From: Candidatus Micrarchaeia archaeon
Lineage (GTDB): Archaea; Micrarchaeota; Micrarchaeia; Micrarchaeales; CABMGC01
DNA: 64,000 bases
Assembly: GCA_049964835.1 (NCBI GenBank)
Contig: JBMFWW010000002.1
Location: forward strand, 20,132 to 84,131
Direction of reading: 5' to 3'
The notes under the pieces are model-generated. The model worked only from the letters and a program-made list of their open reading frames with translations. It searched no databases and was not told the DNA's origin. A program made the translations under genes and the position numbers. Shown here one piece after another: positions 20,629 to 31,200 of the stretch. Within the stretch, counting starts at the first letter, position 1; each line of letters opens with the position of its first letter.

Positions 20629-21029
20629 ATAAAAATCATCTTAATATATATTATAAAAAGAAGCAGCCATACAATTACAGTTGTATACTTTAGCACATTC
20701 AAAAAAATATATTTTCTCTTTAGGTTATTGCTAATAAGAAATGACTGATTCATATACCCAGATATGTGTCCATTACTTACTTTTATATTAAAAACCTTTA
20801 CTACTGAGTATAATTGTGGCGTAAAAAGTAGCCATATACTACTTATTAAAATTTCTATAAACAGCAGGTCATTTACATTAAATAAAATAAGTAAAAATAT
20901 TGCAATACTCGTAATAATGCCAAGAATAACTATAGCTCTATAAAAAAGCATGTGAAAGAAGGCTAGTTTATCAAATGGCATTAATCTTTTAATATTACTT
21001 TGCCTTCCTCTAAAATCGATCTCCTTCAT
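20625..21029 (-). CDS. Small 3-TM membrane protein, putative non-canonical SDH anchor
   Basis: Three hydrophobic segments; translationally coupled to sdhA (TAATG) and sdhB (ATGA). Confidence 0.7.
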   Translation of the reverse strand: MKEIDFRGRQSNIKRLMPFDKLAFFHMLFYRAIVILGIITSIAIFLLILFNVNDLLFIEILISSIWLLFTPQLYSVVKVFNIKVSNGHISGYMNQSFLISNNLKRKYIFLNVLKYTTVIVWLLLFIIYIKMIFI

Positions 21030-22762
21030 TAATATCTCCTTTCTTCAGGCATCCACTTTGTTACTGTTACATTTTTATATCCAATATTTATTCCTGTAGC
21101 TGATTTTTCTATTATAGTATGTTTTAGCCAATTCTTATCGTCTCTTTTAGGATAATCATATCTGGTATGTGCTCCTCTGCTCTCTTTTCTATTCAACGCC
21201 GTGAGCGCAACAACATAAGCAAGTTCGATCTGATTTTGAAATTCTAACGCATCTCTTAAATTGGTATTAAATGTTTTCGATTTATCTTTTACATAAATAT
21301 CATTAATTTTTTTCATAAGATTTTCAAGTTTTGAAATTCCTTTTAACATTTCCTTTTCATTTCTGTAAACATAAAAATACTCCTCCATAATATTTCTCAT
21401 TTCATCTTGTAGTTCATATGGTGAATATTTTCCTTTCTTTCCATAGTAACTTAAAACACGTTTCTCTTCTTCAATTGCACTCTGCTTTAGCTCTTCAATA
21501 TCCTTTTCATTTAAATCATGTAAGTTGCGTGCTGATTCTATGCCTACTATTCTTCCCCATACTGAGCATTGGCTCAATGAATTGCTACCTAATCTATTTG
21601 CACCATGTACACTAACACAGCCACACTCACCAACAGCCCATAAATTTTTTATCCATTTATTTTCAAGTGACAAAATTCTTCCATTTAAATCGGTGTTTAT
21701 ACCACCCATAGTAAAGTGCGCAGCAGGCCTTACAGGTATTAAATCAGTTTCAGGATCAACTCCAATACTTTTCATACATATTTCTTTTATCATAGGGAGT
21801 TTTTTGTTGATTACTTCTTTTCCTAAATGCCTTAAATCAAGATTGACATAATAAAGACCAGTAGTTTTGTCCTTGATGCCTCTACCTTCATTAATTTCAG
21901 TTATTATTGCTCTTGAGATTATGTCTCTAGGTGCTAGCTCCATTTTTGACGGAGCGTAATTTTTCATAAATCTCTCATTATTCTTATTGATTAGATAACC
22001 TCCTTCCCCTCTTGCCGCTTCAGTTATAAGTATTCCATTTGGTACAAGAGCAGTTGGATGAAATTGTACAAACTCCATATCTTTCAATGAAGCTCCAGCA
22101 TTGAAAGCTAGTGAAATTCCATCACCTGTTGTTGAATGGGCAGTAGTTGTCAATTTGTATATTCTAGAAAAACCACCAGTAGCTATTGCCATTGATGGCC
22201 CATAAATTAGCTTTGTTTTTCCATTAGCAAGTTCTACACATAAAATGCCTACAGCATTATCCGTTCTTAATATTTTTGTTGCATAGTGCTCATGAAAAAT
22301 ATCAATATTTTTAATAGAGAGTACCTGGTCATATAAAGCGCGCATCATGAAAAAGCCTGTTTTGTCAGCAGCAAAAGCTGTTCTAGGTACACTCATGCCT
22401 CCAAAAGGTCTTTCAGAAATACTTCCATCATCTCCTCTATTCCATGGAACACCGACATGTTCAAAAAAAACTATCTCTTTCGGTGCATTTTTTACAAGTA
22501 TCTCTACAGCATCCTGATCAGACAAATAATCCGAGCCCTTTATTGTATCATACGCATGCAGCTTTTCAGTATCACCATTTTCTTTAGGATATAAAACTCC
22601 AGATATACCTCCTTCTGCAGATACTGAATGGCTCCTCATAGCATGTAGTTTTGTTACTATTGCTATCTTCAAGTTCTTTTTACTCTCTGCTGCATGAATT
22701 GCAGTGGTAAGACCACCTATACCGCTGCCTAATACTATTAAATCATAATTTAAGTAATCCAT
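21029..22762 (-). CDS. sdhA: Succinate dehydrogenase/fumarate reductase flavoprotein
   Basis: GSGIGG, RSHSVSAEGG (covalent-FAD His), QFHPT, EAARGEGG, HFTMGG, HGANRLGSNSL, ESRGAH. Confidence 0.96.
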   Translation of the reverse strand: MDYLNYDLIVLGSGIGGLTTAIHAAESKKNLKIAIVTKLHAMRSHSVSAEGGISGVLYPKENGDTEKLHAYDTIKGSDYLSDQDAVEILVKNAPKEIVFFEHVGVPWNRGDDGSISERPFGGMSVPRTAFAADKTGFFMMRALYDQVLSIKNIDIFHEHYATKILRTDNAVGILCVELANGKTKLIYGPSMAIATGGFSRIYKLTTTAHSTTGDGISLAFNAGASLKDMEFVQFHPTALVPNGILITEAARGEGGYLINKNNERFMKNYAPSKMELAPRDIISRAIITEINEGRGIKDKTTGLYYVNLDLRHLGKEVINKKLPMIKEICMKSIGVDPETDLIPVRPAAHFTMGGINTDLNGRILSLENKWIKNLWAVGECGCVSVHGANRLGSNSLSQCSVWGRIVGIESARNLHDLNEKDIEELKQSAIEEEKRVLSYYGKKGKYSPYELQDEMRNIMEEYFYVYRNEKEMLKGISKLENLMKKINDIYVKDKSKTFNTNLRDALEFQNQIELAYVVALTALNRKESRGAHTRYDYPKRDDKNWLKHTIIEKSATGINIGYKNVTVTKWMPEERRY

Positions 22763-22842
22763 TACAACACTTTATCAATAAGCAATAAATATTAAAAATA
22801 TATGTATTATTATAGTATACATAAGAAAGCAATGATGATAAT

Positions 22843-24150
22843 ATGATGGATGATGAAACATTTTTTAATTTTGAAGACGAAATACTAAACACATTGGCTA
22901 CAAAACTTAGCGGTTTTCAAACTGATGAAGATATAAAAAATGTAATATTAAAAACAGCAAGAATAATTGATCCTGAGATAACAAATGAAGATTTAGACAG
23001 GCTTCAAAAAGATATTAATGATTTTTATCCTATAACCAAATACATAAACAACGACGATGTAGAAGACGTAATGGTAAACAATACTAAAGACATCTTTGTA
23101 TATGATAGTGAAAAAGGACCGGTAATGGTTCCTGAAAGAGTTGAAGACAAAAGAAAGTTAGAACGTCTTGTGAAAAAGTTTAAGATGTACGCAACTGTTG
23201 TATCTGCTAATAAGAACATATACGATGTTCATCTACCAAACAAATCAAGAGTAAATATTGTGGAGTCACCACTAGGCGCAGATATAACAATACGAAACTT
23301 CAGGCAAAAAGCGCTTAGCGCAATAGATTTAATAAACATGGGTGAAATGAGCTATAATATGGCAGGAAGGTTTTGGCTATACTCTGAAGGACTTAAGATA
23401 AGACCTGCAAATATGTTGATTGGGGGAATGCCTGCAGCTGGTAAAACAACACTTTTAAATTCGATGTTTAGTTTTTTCAGACCAGAACAAAGAATAATTA
23501 CAATAGAAGATACATACGAGCTTAATACTGAAACACAAGACAACTGTGTTAGGTTAGAAACAAGCTCAGAGGTATCCTTAGAAGAGCTAGTTCAAAATGC
23601 ATTGAGAATGAGGCCAGATTTATTAATAGTTGGAGAAGTAAGAGGAAAAGAAGCAAAGGACATGATGACAGCAATGAATATAGGTAAGATTTCAATGAGT
23701 ACAATACACGCAAGCACAGCCAGAGATATAATAACAAGACTTGAACATACTCCTATGAATGTTGAAAAGGATATTATTCCATTAATAGATGCTCTTGTTC
23801 TAGTATCACAAATTAATATAGATGGAAAGTTTGTAAGGAAAATAACACAAATATCTGAAATTTCTGGAATAGAAACGCAGGTTTTGCTTTCTGATTTGTA
23901 TAAATACGATTATAAAACAAGAAAGGGTTCGGACATACTTCCTAGTGTTACCTACAGGGATACACTTGCAAGTCTTACTGGGTTGCCACCAAGTGAGATA
24001 GTGCGCGAGGAGAGAAGAAGAGCAAAGATTCTTGAAGCAATGAACAAAAAAGGCATAAGGGGCTTAAGAGATATAAATGAGGTTTGCAGAGAGTATTACG
24101 ACAATCCTAATCGAGTATTAGCTAAACTTGAGATAGCAGACTCGGTTTAG
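22843..24150 (+). CDS. Type II/IV secretion (TadA/CpaF/VirB11-like) ATPase
   Basis: GMPAAGKTT, ITIEDTYEL, ALRMRPD..IVGEVRG.EA, STIHA. Confidence 0.92.
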   Translation: MMDDETFFNFEDEILNTLATKLSGFQTDEDIKNVILKTARIIDPEITNEDLDRLQKDINDFYPITKYINNDDVEDVMVNNTKDIFVYDSEKGPVMVPERVEDKRKLERLVKKFKMYATVVSANKNIYDVHLPNKSRVNIVESPLGADITIRNFRQKALSAIDLINMGEMSYNMAGRFWLYSEGLKIRPANMLIGGMPAAGKTTLLNSMFSFFRPEQRIITIEDTYELNTETQDNCVRLETSSEVSLEELVQNALRMRPDLLIVGEVRGKEAKDMMTAMNIGKISMSTIHASTARDIITRLEHTPMNVEKDIIPLIDALVLVSQINIDGKFVRKITQISEISGIETQVLLSDLYKYDYKTRKGSDILPSVTYRDTLASLTGLPPSEIVREERRRAKILEAMNKKGIRGLRDINEVCREYYDNPNRVLAKLEIADSV

Positions 24151-24169
24151 TCACATTTTAGATGTAGAA

Positions 24170-25012
24170 ATGTCATTTTTACAAAAATTAGTAGCATCAA
24201 GATGGATTGCAGGAACAACTATAGAAGAAGAAATAAAAGTTGTCAAAAAATTAAAAGAAAAAAATTTAAACTCGATAATTAATTATCTCGGAGAGGATAT
24301 AAACAACGCAGAAAAAGCAAAAGCTTCACTAGATATATATTTGGAATGCATAAAAGATATAAAAGAAAATAATCTCAATTCACAAATAGCCATAAAGGCT
24401 TCTCAGTTAGGACTTTTTGTAAATGATAAAGTACTTAAAAAAAATTATGAGCAAATAATTAAAAAAGCAAAAATAGAAGGCATCTTTGTTTGGTTAGATA
24501 TGGAGCGTTATGATACTGTAGACAAAACAATTTCACTATATAAAAAATATATATCTTATGGAAACACTGGAATTTGTATTCAATCTTATTTAAAAAGATC
24601 ATTTAAAGACGTTAAAATTCTTCTTGAATTGGGAGCTGCAATTCGTATAGTCAAAGGGGCATATACCGAATCAAGCACAATAGCTCACAATAGAGATGAC
24701 GCAACTAAGAACTATATTAAAATATTAAATTATACTTTTAAAAAATCAGAAAACTTCACCGTAGCAACACATGATCTTTCTATAATTAAAAAATCTGTAG
24801 AGTTATCAAAAAAATATAAAAAAGAACCTGAATATGCAATGTTATATGGAATAAGAAATAATATTGCTTTTAAGTTAGCTAAAAAACATAAAATGAATCT
24901 ATATGTTCCATTTGGCAAAGATTGGTTTAAGTACTCCTATAGAAGACTTAGAGAATTTAGTAATCTAAAATTAGTACTCCATTCACTATTAGAAAATCAA
25001 AAATTAGATTAA
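24170..25012 (+). CDS. Monofunctional proline dehydrogenase
   Basis: RWIAG, NYLGE, IKASQLG, WLDME, IQSYLKRS, RIVKGAY, VATHD, MLYGIR, YVPFG..W..Y..RRL. Confidence 0.93.
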   Translation: MSFLQKLVASRWIAGTTIEEEIKVVKKLKEKNLNSIINYLGEDINNAEKAKASLDIYLECIKDIKENNLNSQIAIKASQLGLFVNDKVLKKNYEQIIKKAKIEGIFVWLDMERYDTVDKTISLYKKYISYGNTGICIQSYLKRSFKDVKILLELGAAIRIVKGAYTESSTIAHNRDDATKNYIKILNYTFKKSENFTVATHDLSIIKKSVELSKKYKKEPEYAMLYGIRNNIAFKLAKKHKMNLYVPFGKDWFKYSYRRLREFSNLKLVLHSLLENQKLD

Positions 25013-25022
25013 GTGTTATTTT

Positions 25023-25775
25023 ATGATATCTGAATATTTTAATGAACTTTCAATTAAAAAAGTGGAAACTAAATTTGGAAATGTAAGTTATCGAACAAAT
25101 TCTACTGGAGGAAATACACTTGTTTTAATACACGGACTTGCGGCTACTTCAAAAAGCTGGAATAAATTTATAAATTATCTTCCAAAAAGTATAAATCTAA
25201 TAATACCTGATTTACTCGGGCATGGGGAATCTGATGCTCCAAATATAGAATATCATGTTACTAATCAAACTGCAATAATCGAAGAAATATTGAAAAAAGA
25301 GGAAGTATCATCATATGTATTATTTGGACATTCCTATGGTGGTTGGGTAGCTACACTCCTTTCTATAAAAAATAAGAATCTTAAAGCCTTGATACTTGAA
25401 GATTCAAATGGTCTAAAGGCATTTTTCAATGAGGTAAAAGGTACTAAAAAAAGAGAGGAATATAAAAAGAATTTAATTAAAAAAGCGCTTTTTCTTAATG
25501 CAAATGAGTATGTTGTTAAAAGTATTGTTAATGATGAATTTAGTACGCACCAATTATCTGATGATGATTTAGTAAATATATCCGTCCCTACTCTTATTTT
25601 ATGGGGTGAATTAGATCAAACAGTGGATAGAAAATTTGGTTATATGTTCAAAAAATTAATTCATAATAGTGAGTTAGAGATAATAAAAAATTCAAAGCAT
25701 ACTCCACACTATTCAAATCCTGAAAAAACTGCAGATATTGTAAAAGACTTTCTTGCAAAAATTAAGTTCTTATGA
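25023..25775 (+). CDS. Alpha/beta hydrolase
   Basis: LIHG, DLLGHGES, GHSYGG nucleophile elbow, WGELD, H. Confidence 0.9.
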   Translation: MISEYFNELSIKKVETKFGNVSYRTNSTGGNTLVLIHGLAATSKSWNKFINYLPKSINLIIPDLLGHGESDAPNIEYHVTNQTAIIEEILKKEEVSSYVLFGHSYGGWVATLLSIKNKNLKALILEDSNGLKAFFNEVKGTKKREEYKKNLIKKALFLNANEYVVKSIVNDEFSTHQLSDDDLVNISVPTLILWGELDQTVDRKFGYMFKKLIHNSELEIIKNSKHTPHYSNPEKTADIVKDFLAKIKFL

Positions 25776-25792
25776 TTTTTACTTTTTATCAA

Positions 25793-26854
25793 TTAAAATA
25801 TTAATCTTTTAACATCTCCTACTAAACATTGGTATGCTTCACAAGCAGTCCAGCATGATGGTTCTTTGCCTTCTCTTATTAAGTTTCTAACCTCTTCCGC
25901 ATCAACGCCATGCCACATCTTTTCTATAGAGTAATCATAATCTCTTATGTTGCCTATTTTTCTACCCCACATTATTGAAGGATAAACATTTCCATAACTA
26001 TCCATAAATAAAGATGCATCTAAACTCCTGCTTTTCATAGGTATTTTATTTGTTAATACATATCTATTCAAATTCCTAAGAAATGCATTTTCAATTATTG
26101 GTATTGCTCCAAATTCAAATCTTCTTTTCTTTATTATAAAATCTATTTCCTTAGATAGCTCTTGTCTTTCCGCACTAATATCAAGGTCACTATTTTTATA
26201 ATAACTATCTGATATTTGTCCAACATTCAAGTGAAAATCATTAAACGTTACCCATGGCAATTCTTTAATCACTTCAGTTATTGTTTTTTCTAGCATTCCT
26301 TGATTAAATTTGCTCATCGTATATCCGAAAATAAAAAATAAGTTTTTATACTTTTTCTTAAGTTCATGCAGTCTTTTTGCCATATCCATTACTTTATCAA
26401 AATTTCCATTTACTCCTCTTATTTTATCATGCAATTCTCTATGTCCATCAAGACTTAACGTTATAGATATTTTAGGTATGCCTAGCTCGAGTATTTCCTT
26501 TAATTTATTTTCCAACATATCATGATTACATAAGGAGTTAGTTGGCATGGTCAAAACTGTCAAATCTTTACAGTTTTCTCTAAACGTTTTTACTATTTCT
26601 ACTATCTCTTTTCTTAAAAATGGCTCTCCACCAGTTAATTCTATCCATTTAAAGAAATTATTTTTTTTTGCGAAGTTCTGTATTTCCTCAAATGTTAATT
26701 CATTAACAGGTTTTATTTGCCATATATTACATGTTAAACATCTAGACTGGCACCAGTATGATATTGAAAATGTTAATTTATATGGTCTTTCAAGAGTTGT
26801 AAAATTACTTTTTAAAGCAGTTAAACCTAATTTTGCAAGTTTAGTAGTATTCAT
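25793..26854 (-). CDS. Radical SAM protein with degenerate SPASM/Twitch-like C-terminus
   Basis: CQSRCLTC, TGGEPF, SLDG...HD.IRG, GNVYP....IGNI, CWTAC. Confidence 0.88.
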   Translation of the reverse strand: MNTTKLAKLGLTALKSNFTTLERPYKLTFSISYWCQSRCLTCNIWQIKPVNELTFEEIQNFAKKNNFFKWIELTGGEPFLRKEIVEIVKTFRENCKDLTVLTMPTNSLCNHDMLENKLKEILELGIPKISITLSLDGHRELHDKIRGVNGNFDKVMDMAKRLHELKKKYKNLFFIFGYTMSKFNQGMLEKTITEVIKELPWVTFNDFHLNVGQISDSYYKNSDLDISAERQELSKEIDFIIKKRRFEFGAIPIIENAFLRNLNRYVLTNKIPMKSRSLDASLFMDSYGNVYPSIMWGRKIGNIRDYDYSIEKMWHGVDAEEVRNLIREGKEPSCWTACEAYQCLVGDVKRLIF

Positions 26855-26932
26855 AAAAATCTTCTAACTATACTTATCTATTGATGTATTTGATTTATAT
26901 ATTTTTGCAGCTTTAAATTAATTGGTAAATTA

Positions 26933-27529
26933 ATGACATTAATTTTATTAATGAGGCATGGCGAGAGTGAAGCTAATAAAAAACATATTCTTTCAGATGA
27001 ACTAAATAAATATAATTTAACTAACAAAGGTATAATTCAAGCAAAAAAAGCTGGAAGTGAATTAAAGAAGATAAAAATACAAAAAATCTTTTGTAGCCCA
27101 GTATTACGAACTATTCAAACTGCAGATTTAGTCAACAAAAAGTTAAAATTAGAAAAAACCATAGATAAAAAGCTAATTGAGAGAAGATTTAAGAGTATGT
27201 CTGGAATTTATGTTAAGGATGCATCTTGGAAATTGCTTTTTGAGAATAAGATAGAATCATACAAAAATGTTAAAAATAGAATATCAAATTTTATGTTTTC
27301 GAAAAGTAATTATGACTGCATACTTGGTGTAACACATCACGATGTAATAACTGCTGCAATGTCGTATGCATCTAATCTAGACTCACTTTGTAGTTATGCA
27401 TTTAGGCCTACATATGCAAGCATAAGTGGTTTTTTAGTAGATAAAAAGACAATCAAACCAATTTTTTTTGGTGTGCCCTTTTTATCAAAAAACATACTAA
27501 ATAAAATACCAGAACAATATTTGGTGTAG
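26933..27529 (+). CDS. Histidine phosphatase / phosphoglycerate mutase family
   Basis: MRHGES.AN, LT.KG..QA, SPVLRT.QTA, VTH. Confidence 0.88.
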   Translation: MTLILLMRHGESEANKKHILSDELNKYNLTNKGIIQAKKAGSELKKIKIQKIFCSPVLRTIQTADLVNKKLKLEKTIDKKLIERRFKSMSGIYVKDASWKLLFENKIESYKNVKNRISNFMFSKSNYDCILGVTHHDVITAAMSYASNLDSLCSYAFRPTYASISGFLVDKKTIKPIFFGVPFLSKNILNKIPEQYLV

Positions 27530-27531
27530 TA

Positions 27532-28224
27532 ATGACAAAGCAATTAATATCAATAATAATACCAACATTGAACGAAGAAAAAAATATTTCAAAATTGCTT
27601 CCTAAAATTCCTGTAATATTAAATGATTTAAAGAATACAGATTACGAAATAATAATTGTAGACGGTGAATCTTCCGACAAGACAGTTGAAATTGCAAAGT
27701 CATTTGGCGGAAAAATAGTCTATGACCATAAGGGAAAAGGTTCTGCTTTAAGAAAGGGATTTGAAAAGGCAAATGGTGACATATTAATATCGATGGATGC
27801 AGATCTTTCTAATGATCCTAAGGAATTAAAGTTAATTATAGATAGCATTAACATAGGTTACGATATAAGTATGGGTTCTAGGTTTATTACTGGCGGCGGT
27901 ACAGATGATATGCCAATATTAAGGAAAATAGGAAATCGTTTTTTTGTTTTCTTGGTAAATATATTTTTTAAGTCTAATTACTCTGATTTATGCTATGGCT
28001 ATCGTGGTTTTAGAAAAAATGTGATAAAAAAACTAAATTTAAAAGAAGACAGATTTGCAATAGAAACCGAAATAAGTATTAAAGCAGCAAAAAAACACTT
28101 AAAGGTAATAGAAATCCCAAGTGTAGAAAAAAAGAGGAGTTCTGGTTCTGGAAAATTAAGAACATTCTATGACGGATACAATATACTAAAGACTATATTA
28201 AAGAATATTTTTATTAGCCGATAA
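27532..28224 (+). CDS. Glycosyltransferase family 2 (DPM1-like)
   Basis: IIPTLNEE, IVDGESSD.T, GKG.AL, MDAD, GSRF. Confidence 0.92.
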   Translation: MTKQLISIIIPTLNEEKNISKLLPKIPVILNDLKNTDYEIIIVDGESSDKTVEIAKSFGGKIVYDHKGKGSALRKGFEKANGDILISMDADLSNDPKELKLIIDSINIGYDISMGSRFITGGGTDDMPILRKIGNRFFVFLVNIFFKSNYSDLCYGYRGFRKNVIKKLNLKEDRFAIETEISIKAAKKHLKVIEIPSVEKKRSSGSGKLRTFYDGYNILKTILKNIFISR

Positions 28225-28267
28225 GAAAAGTATTTAAATATTATTATTTAATTATAAATCGTATAAG

Positions 28268-31200
28268 ATGGGCAAAATTATAAAGTTAAATCATAAATCA
28301 AATAAAAAAAAAGTAAAAGAGCAATCAGCAATAGAGTATGTAATGAGTTATTCTTGGGCAGTAATAATATTGCTTGCTGTTGTAATAATCTACTTTTTTG
28401 CCAATAGTAACCAAACTACATATACTCCAACTTCTTGTTATATATCCCCGCAATTACCCTGTTACCAATTAATAATAGGTTCTAACTCTATAGAAACTAC
28501 AGCAAAACTCGTATTTACAAATGATCTTAATAAGCCAATATACTTTTATTCACAACCATTTTCAATAAAATTCACTCCATCTTCCAACTATTACTCTGGT
28601 ACCTGTGTACCAACTACAGCTAATGAGGGTTCAAATGTAACTTGCACTGTAGTAGCAAGTGGTTATTCAATCTTACAAGGTAGTGAAGCAGAACCGACAT
28701 TTTATTTATCATATGCAGAGTGTGTATCTCAAAACTGTAATATTAATCAAAGACAGTTAATAACTCTGACAACATCTGGTAGCGGCACATCATATATATA
28801 CAATCTTTCAGGCAATTTTATAGTTCCACAACCAGTTTTTACTAATTATTTTTATCTTGTTACAAATTCATTCCCATCTATTGGTGGGAGTACCTCTCCA
28901 GGATATGGTGTTTACGCGCAGGGAACAAATGTAATTATCTCCGAATCTCCATCTTCTGGGTATACTTTCAGTGATTGGACCTGTTCTGGAACTGGCTGTT
29001 ATTCCGGCACAAGTCCCTCTGAAAAAATAACTATAAATTCAAATACTATAGAAACGGCTAGTTTCCAGCAAATACCTATTTATACACTAACTACAAATGC
29101 AGTACCATCGGGATCTGGAAGTGTTTCTCCAACATCTGGTTCTTATGAACAAGGATCACAAGTTACTATTTTGGCATCTGCAAATCCCGGTTACACATTT
29201 AATGGTTGGACCTGTTCTGGAACTGGCTGTTATTCTGGCACTTCACCATCAAATACAATAACAATAACTTCAAATACAGTTGAAACTGCAAATTATAAAT
29301 TTAATACTGGTTACTTTGGCTATGTCCCACCATTTAACGGCGAATCAAATCAAACTTATTTGTATTCATCACCTTATGCTTACTACTCCCATGCTCCACA
29401 ACAGATAACTTTGTGGAGTGATCTATTCCATAATCTTGTGCTAAACAACTTAAATACGCCATCATCAACATCAACTATACTTAATTTGATTGGAACTGTA
29501 AACAATGGTTATTTATATGAATTAGCATTGGGAGAACCTGCTGACACATACTATCCAGAAATCACTATAATAAACACCTCTAAAAATTCAGTACAAAAAA
29601 CAATATTTATTCAAAATGCCACAGTTGCAAATGAAATAACAACATCACAAGATACTTTATTTGCAAATGTTAATTCTACTGGTTCTTTATACATATTATC
29701 TTCAAAATCAGCCGGATCTCTTTCGCAAGTATCACTTATTGTAGCAAATACTTCCTTACTTAATGATGCGATGCAATCAAGTAATCTATTCTATAACATT
29801 ACAAAAATCACATCAATTAATTTGTCTAATACCACATATGATGGAAATATAGTATTTCCAGAAGAATTTACAAATTATCCTATCTCTAGCTTCTTAATGC
29901 TTGGCAATTACGCATATATAGCTAATCAATCTACCCTGTATATACTTAATACCTCAAAATCAAATGTTGTTGCTAATTCTATGATAATATATCCTAAAAA
30001 TAAGGTTGAAACTGGAGCATTAGATTCAGGAATTATAAATATGCAAACTAGTGGAAATTATGTTTATTTTGATATCAGCAATACAACAGTTTCAAGTAGC
30101 ACTAATTATAATACAGTAATTAGCGTACTTAATACAACATCTTTAAAAGTAACAAACATCACCATAGTTAATTCACCAAATAATTATACTGTCGGCGCAG
30201 TTATAAGTAATCATTTCAAAAAATTATACATTCTATTATCAAATCAAACTTTATACACTATTGACTTGAGCAGCAATGGACTAGGAACAGTTTCTAGAAT
30301 ACAAGATTTTGCAACAACAACTCCATTTCCTAGTACAACTTCTACATTAGAAAGCTCTCTCGGATCAGAATACAATATGTTATTAAGTGCCAATGGTACA
30401 GAGTTGTATGTAGGTACTACGTATTCTAATGGGTATAATGGTTATGCAATATATAATCTTGTAACTGGAACTGAAGTAGGATTTATGGGTACGCTCAATG
30501 CAGTAAGGGTTGTAGCCCCACAAAATAATTATAATATATATACAACTGCTAGTCAAAATCAAGCTATTGAAGATTATGCTACTTTAGGTGGTATAGTTGG
30601 AGTTTATAGCAGTGCATATAATATAAATAAAGAAAACATAACAATTCCTTCAAATTTTATAGCCACTGCTTTGTTATTTGATGGAAATATTTTAAGAATA
30701 GGCGGTTATAACTATAGTGACAATTCATTAACTCAAGATGAAGGTTTATTAACAACGGCAAATGTAATGACAGATACAATGAATTCAAATGTTATATCTC
30801 CAGAAGCTGAAATTAGTTATTTTGCAAATACCGGTTATCCAATGACTCCTACTCAAACTATAATGCACATGCCTTCTATAATGGATTTCTCAGAGCCCAC
30901 GGGTCAGTTCTTTTCTATACCTGCTTTGCTTGGTGGAACATCTAATTTATTCCTTATACAACAAGCATCTCAAGTATTTCCAACTAATGAAGTTTTAGAT
31001 GGACTTGCTGCTGTTTCAAGTAATACTCAAGCATCTGATTGTGTTTCTTCTTCAGAATGTATTAGTAGCGGTAGTTATCTTACTGCATATAGTAATATTG
31101 ATGCATACAGTTCATACGCTACTCCTTCTGGCGTTGCGTGTGTTGCAGAAGCAAATTATGGTATTGCATCAACGGCAACAGTTAACTTATACGGAATGAT

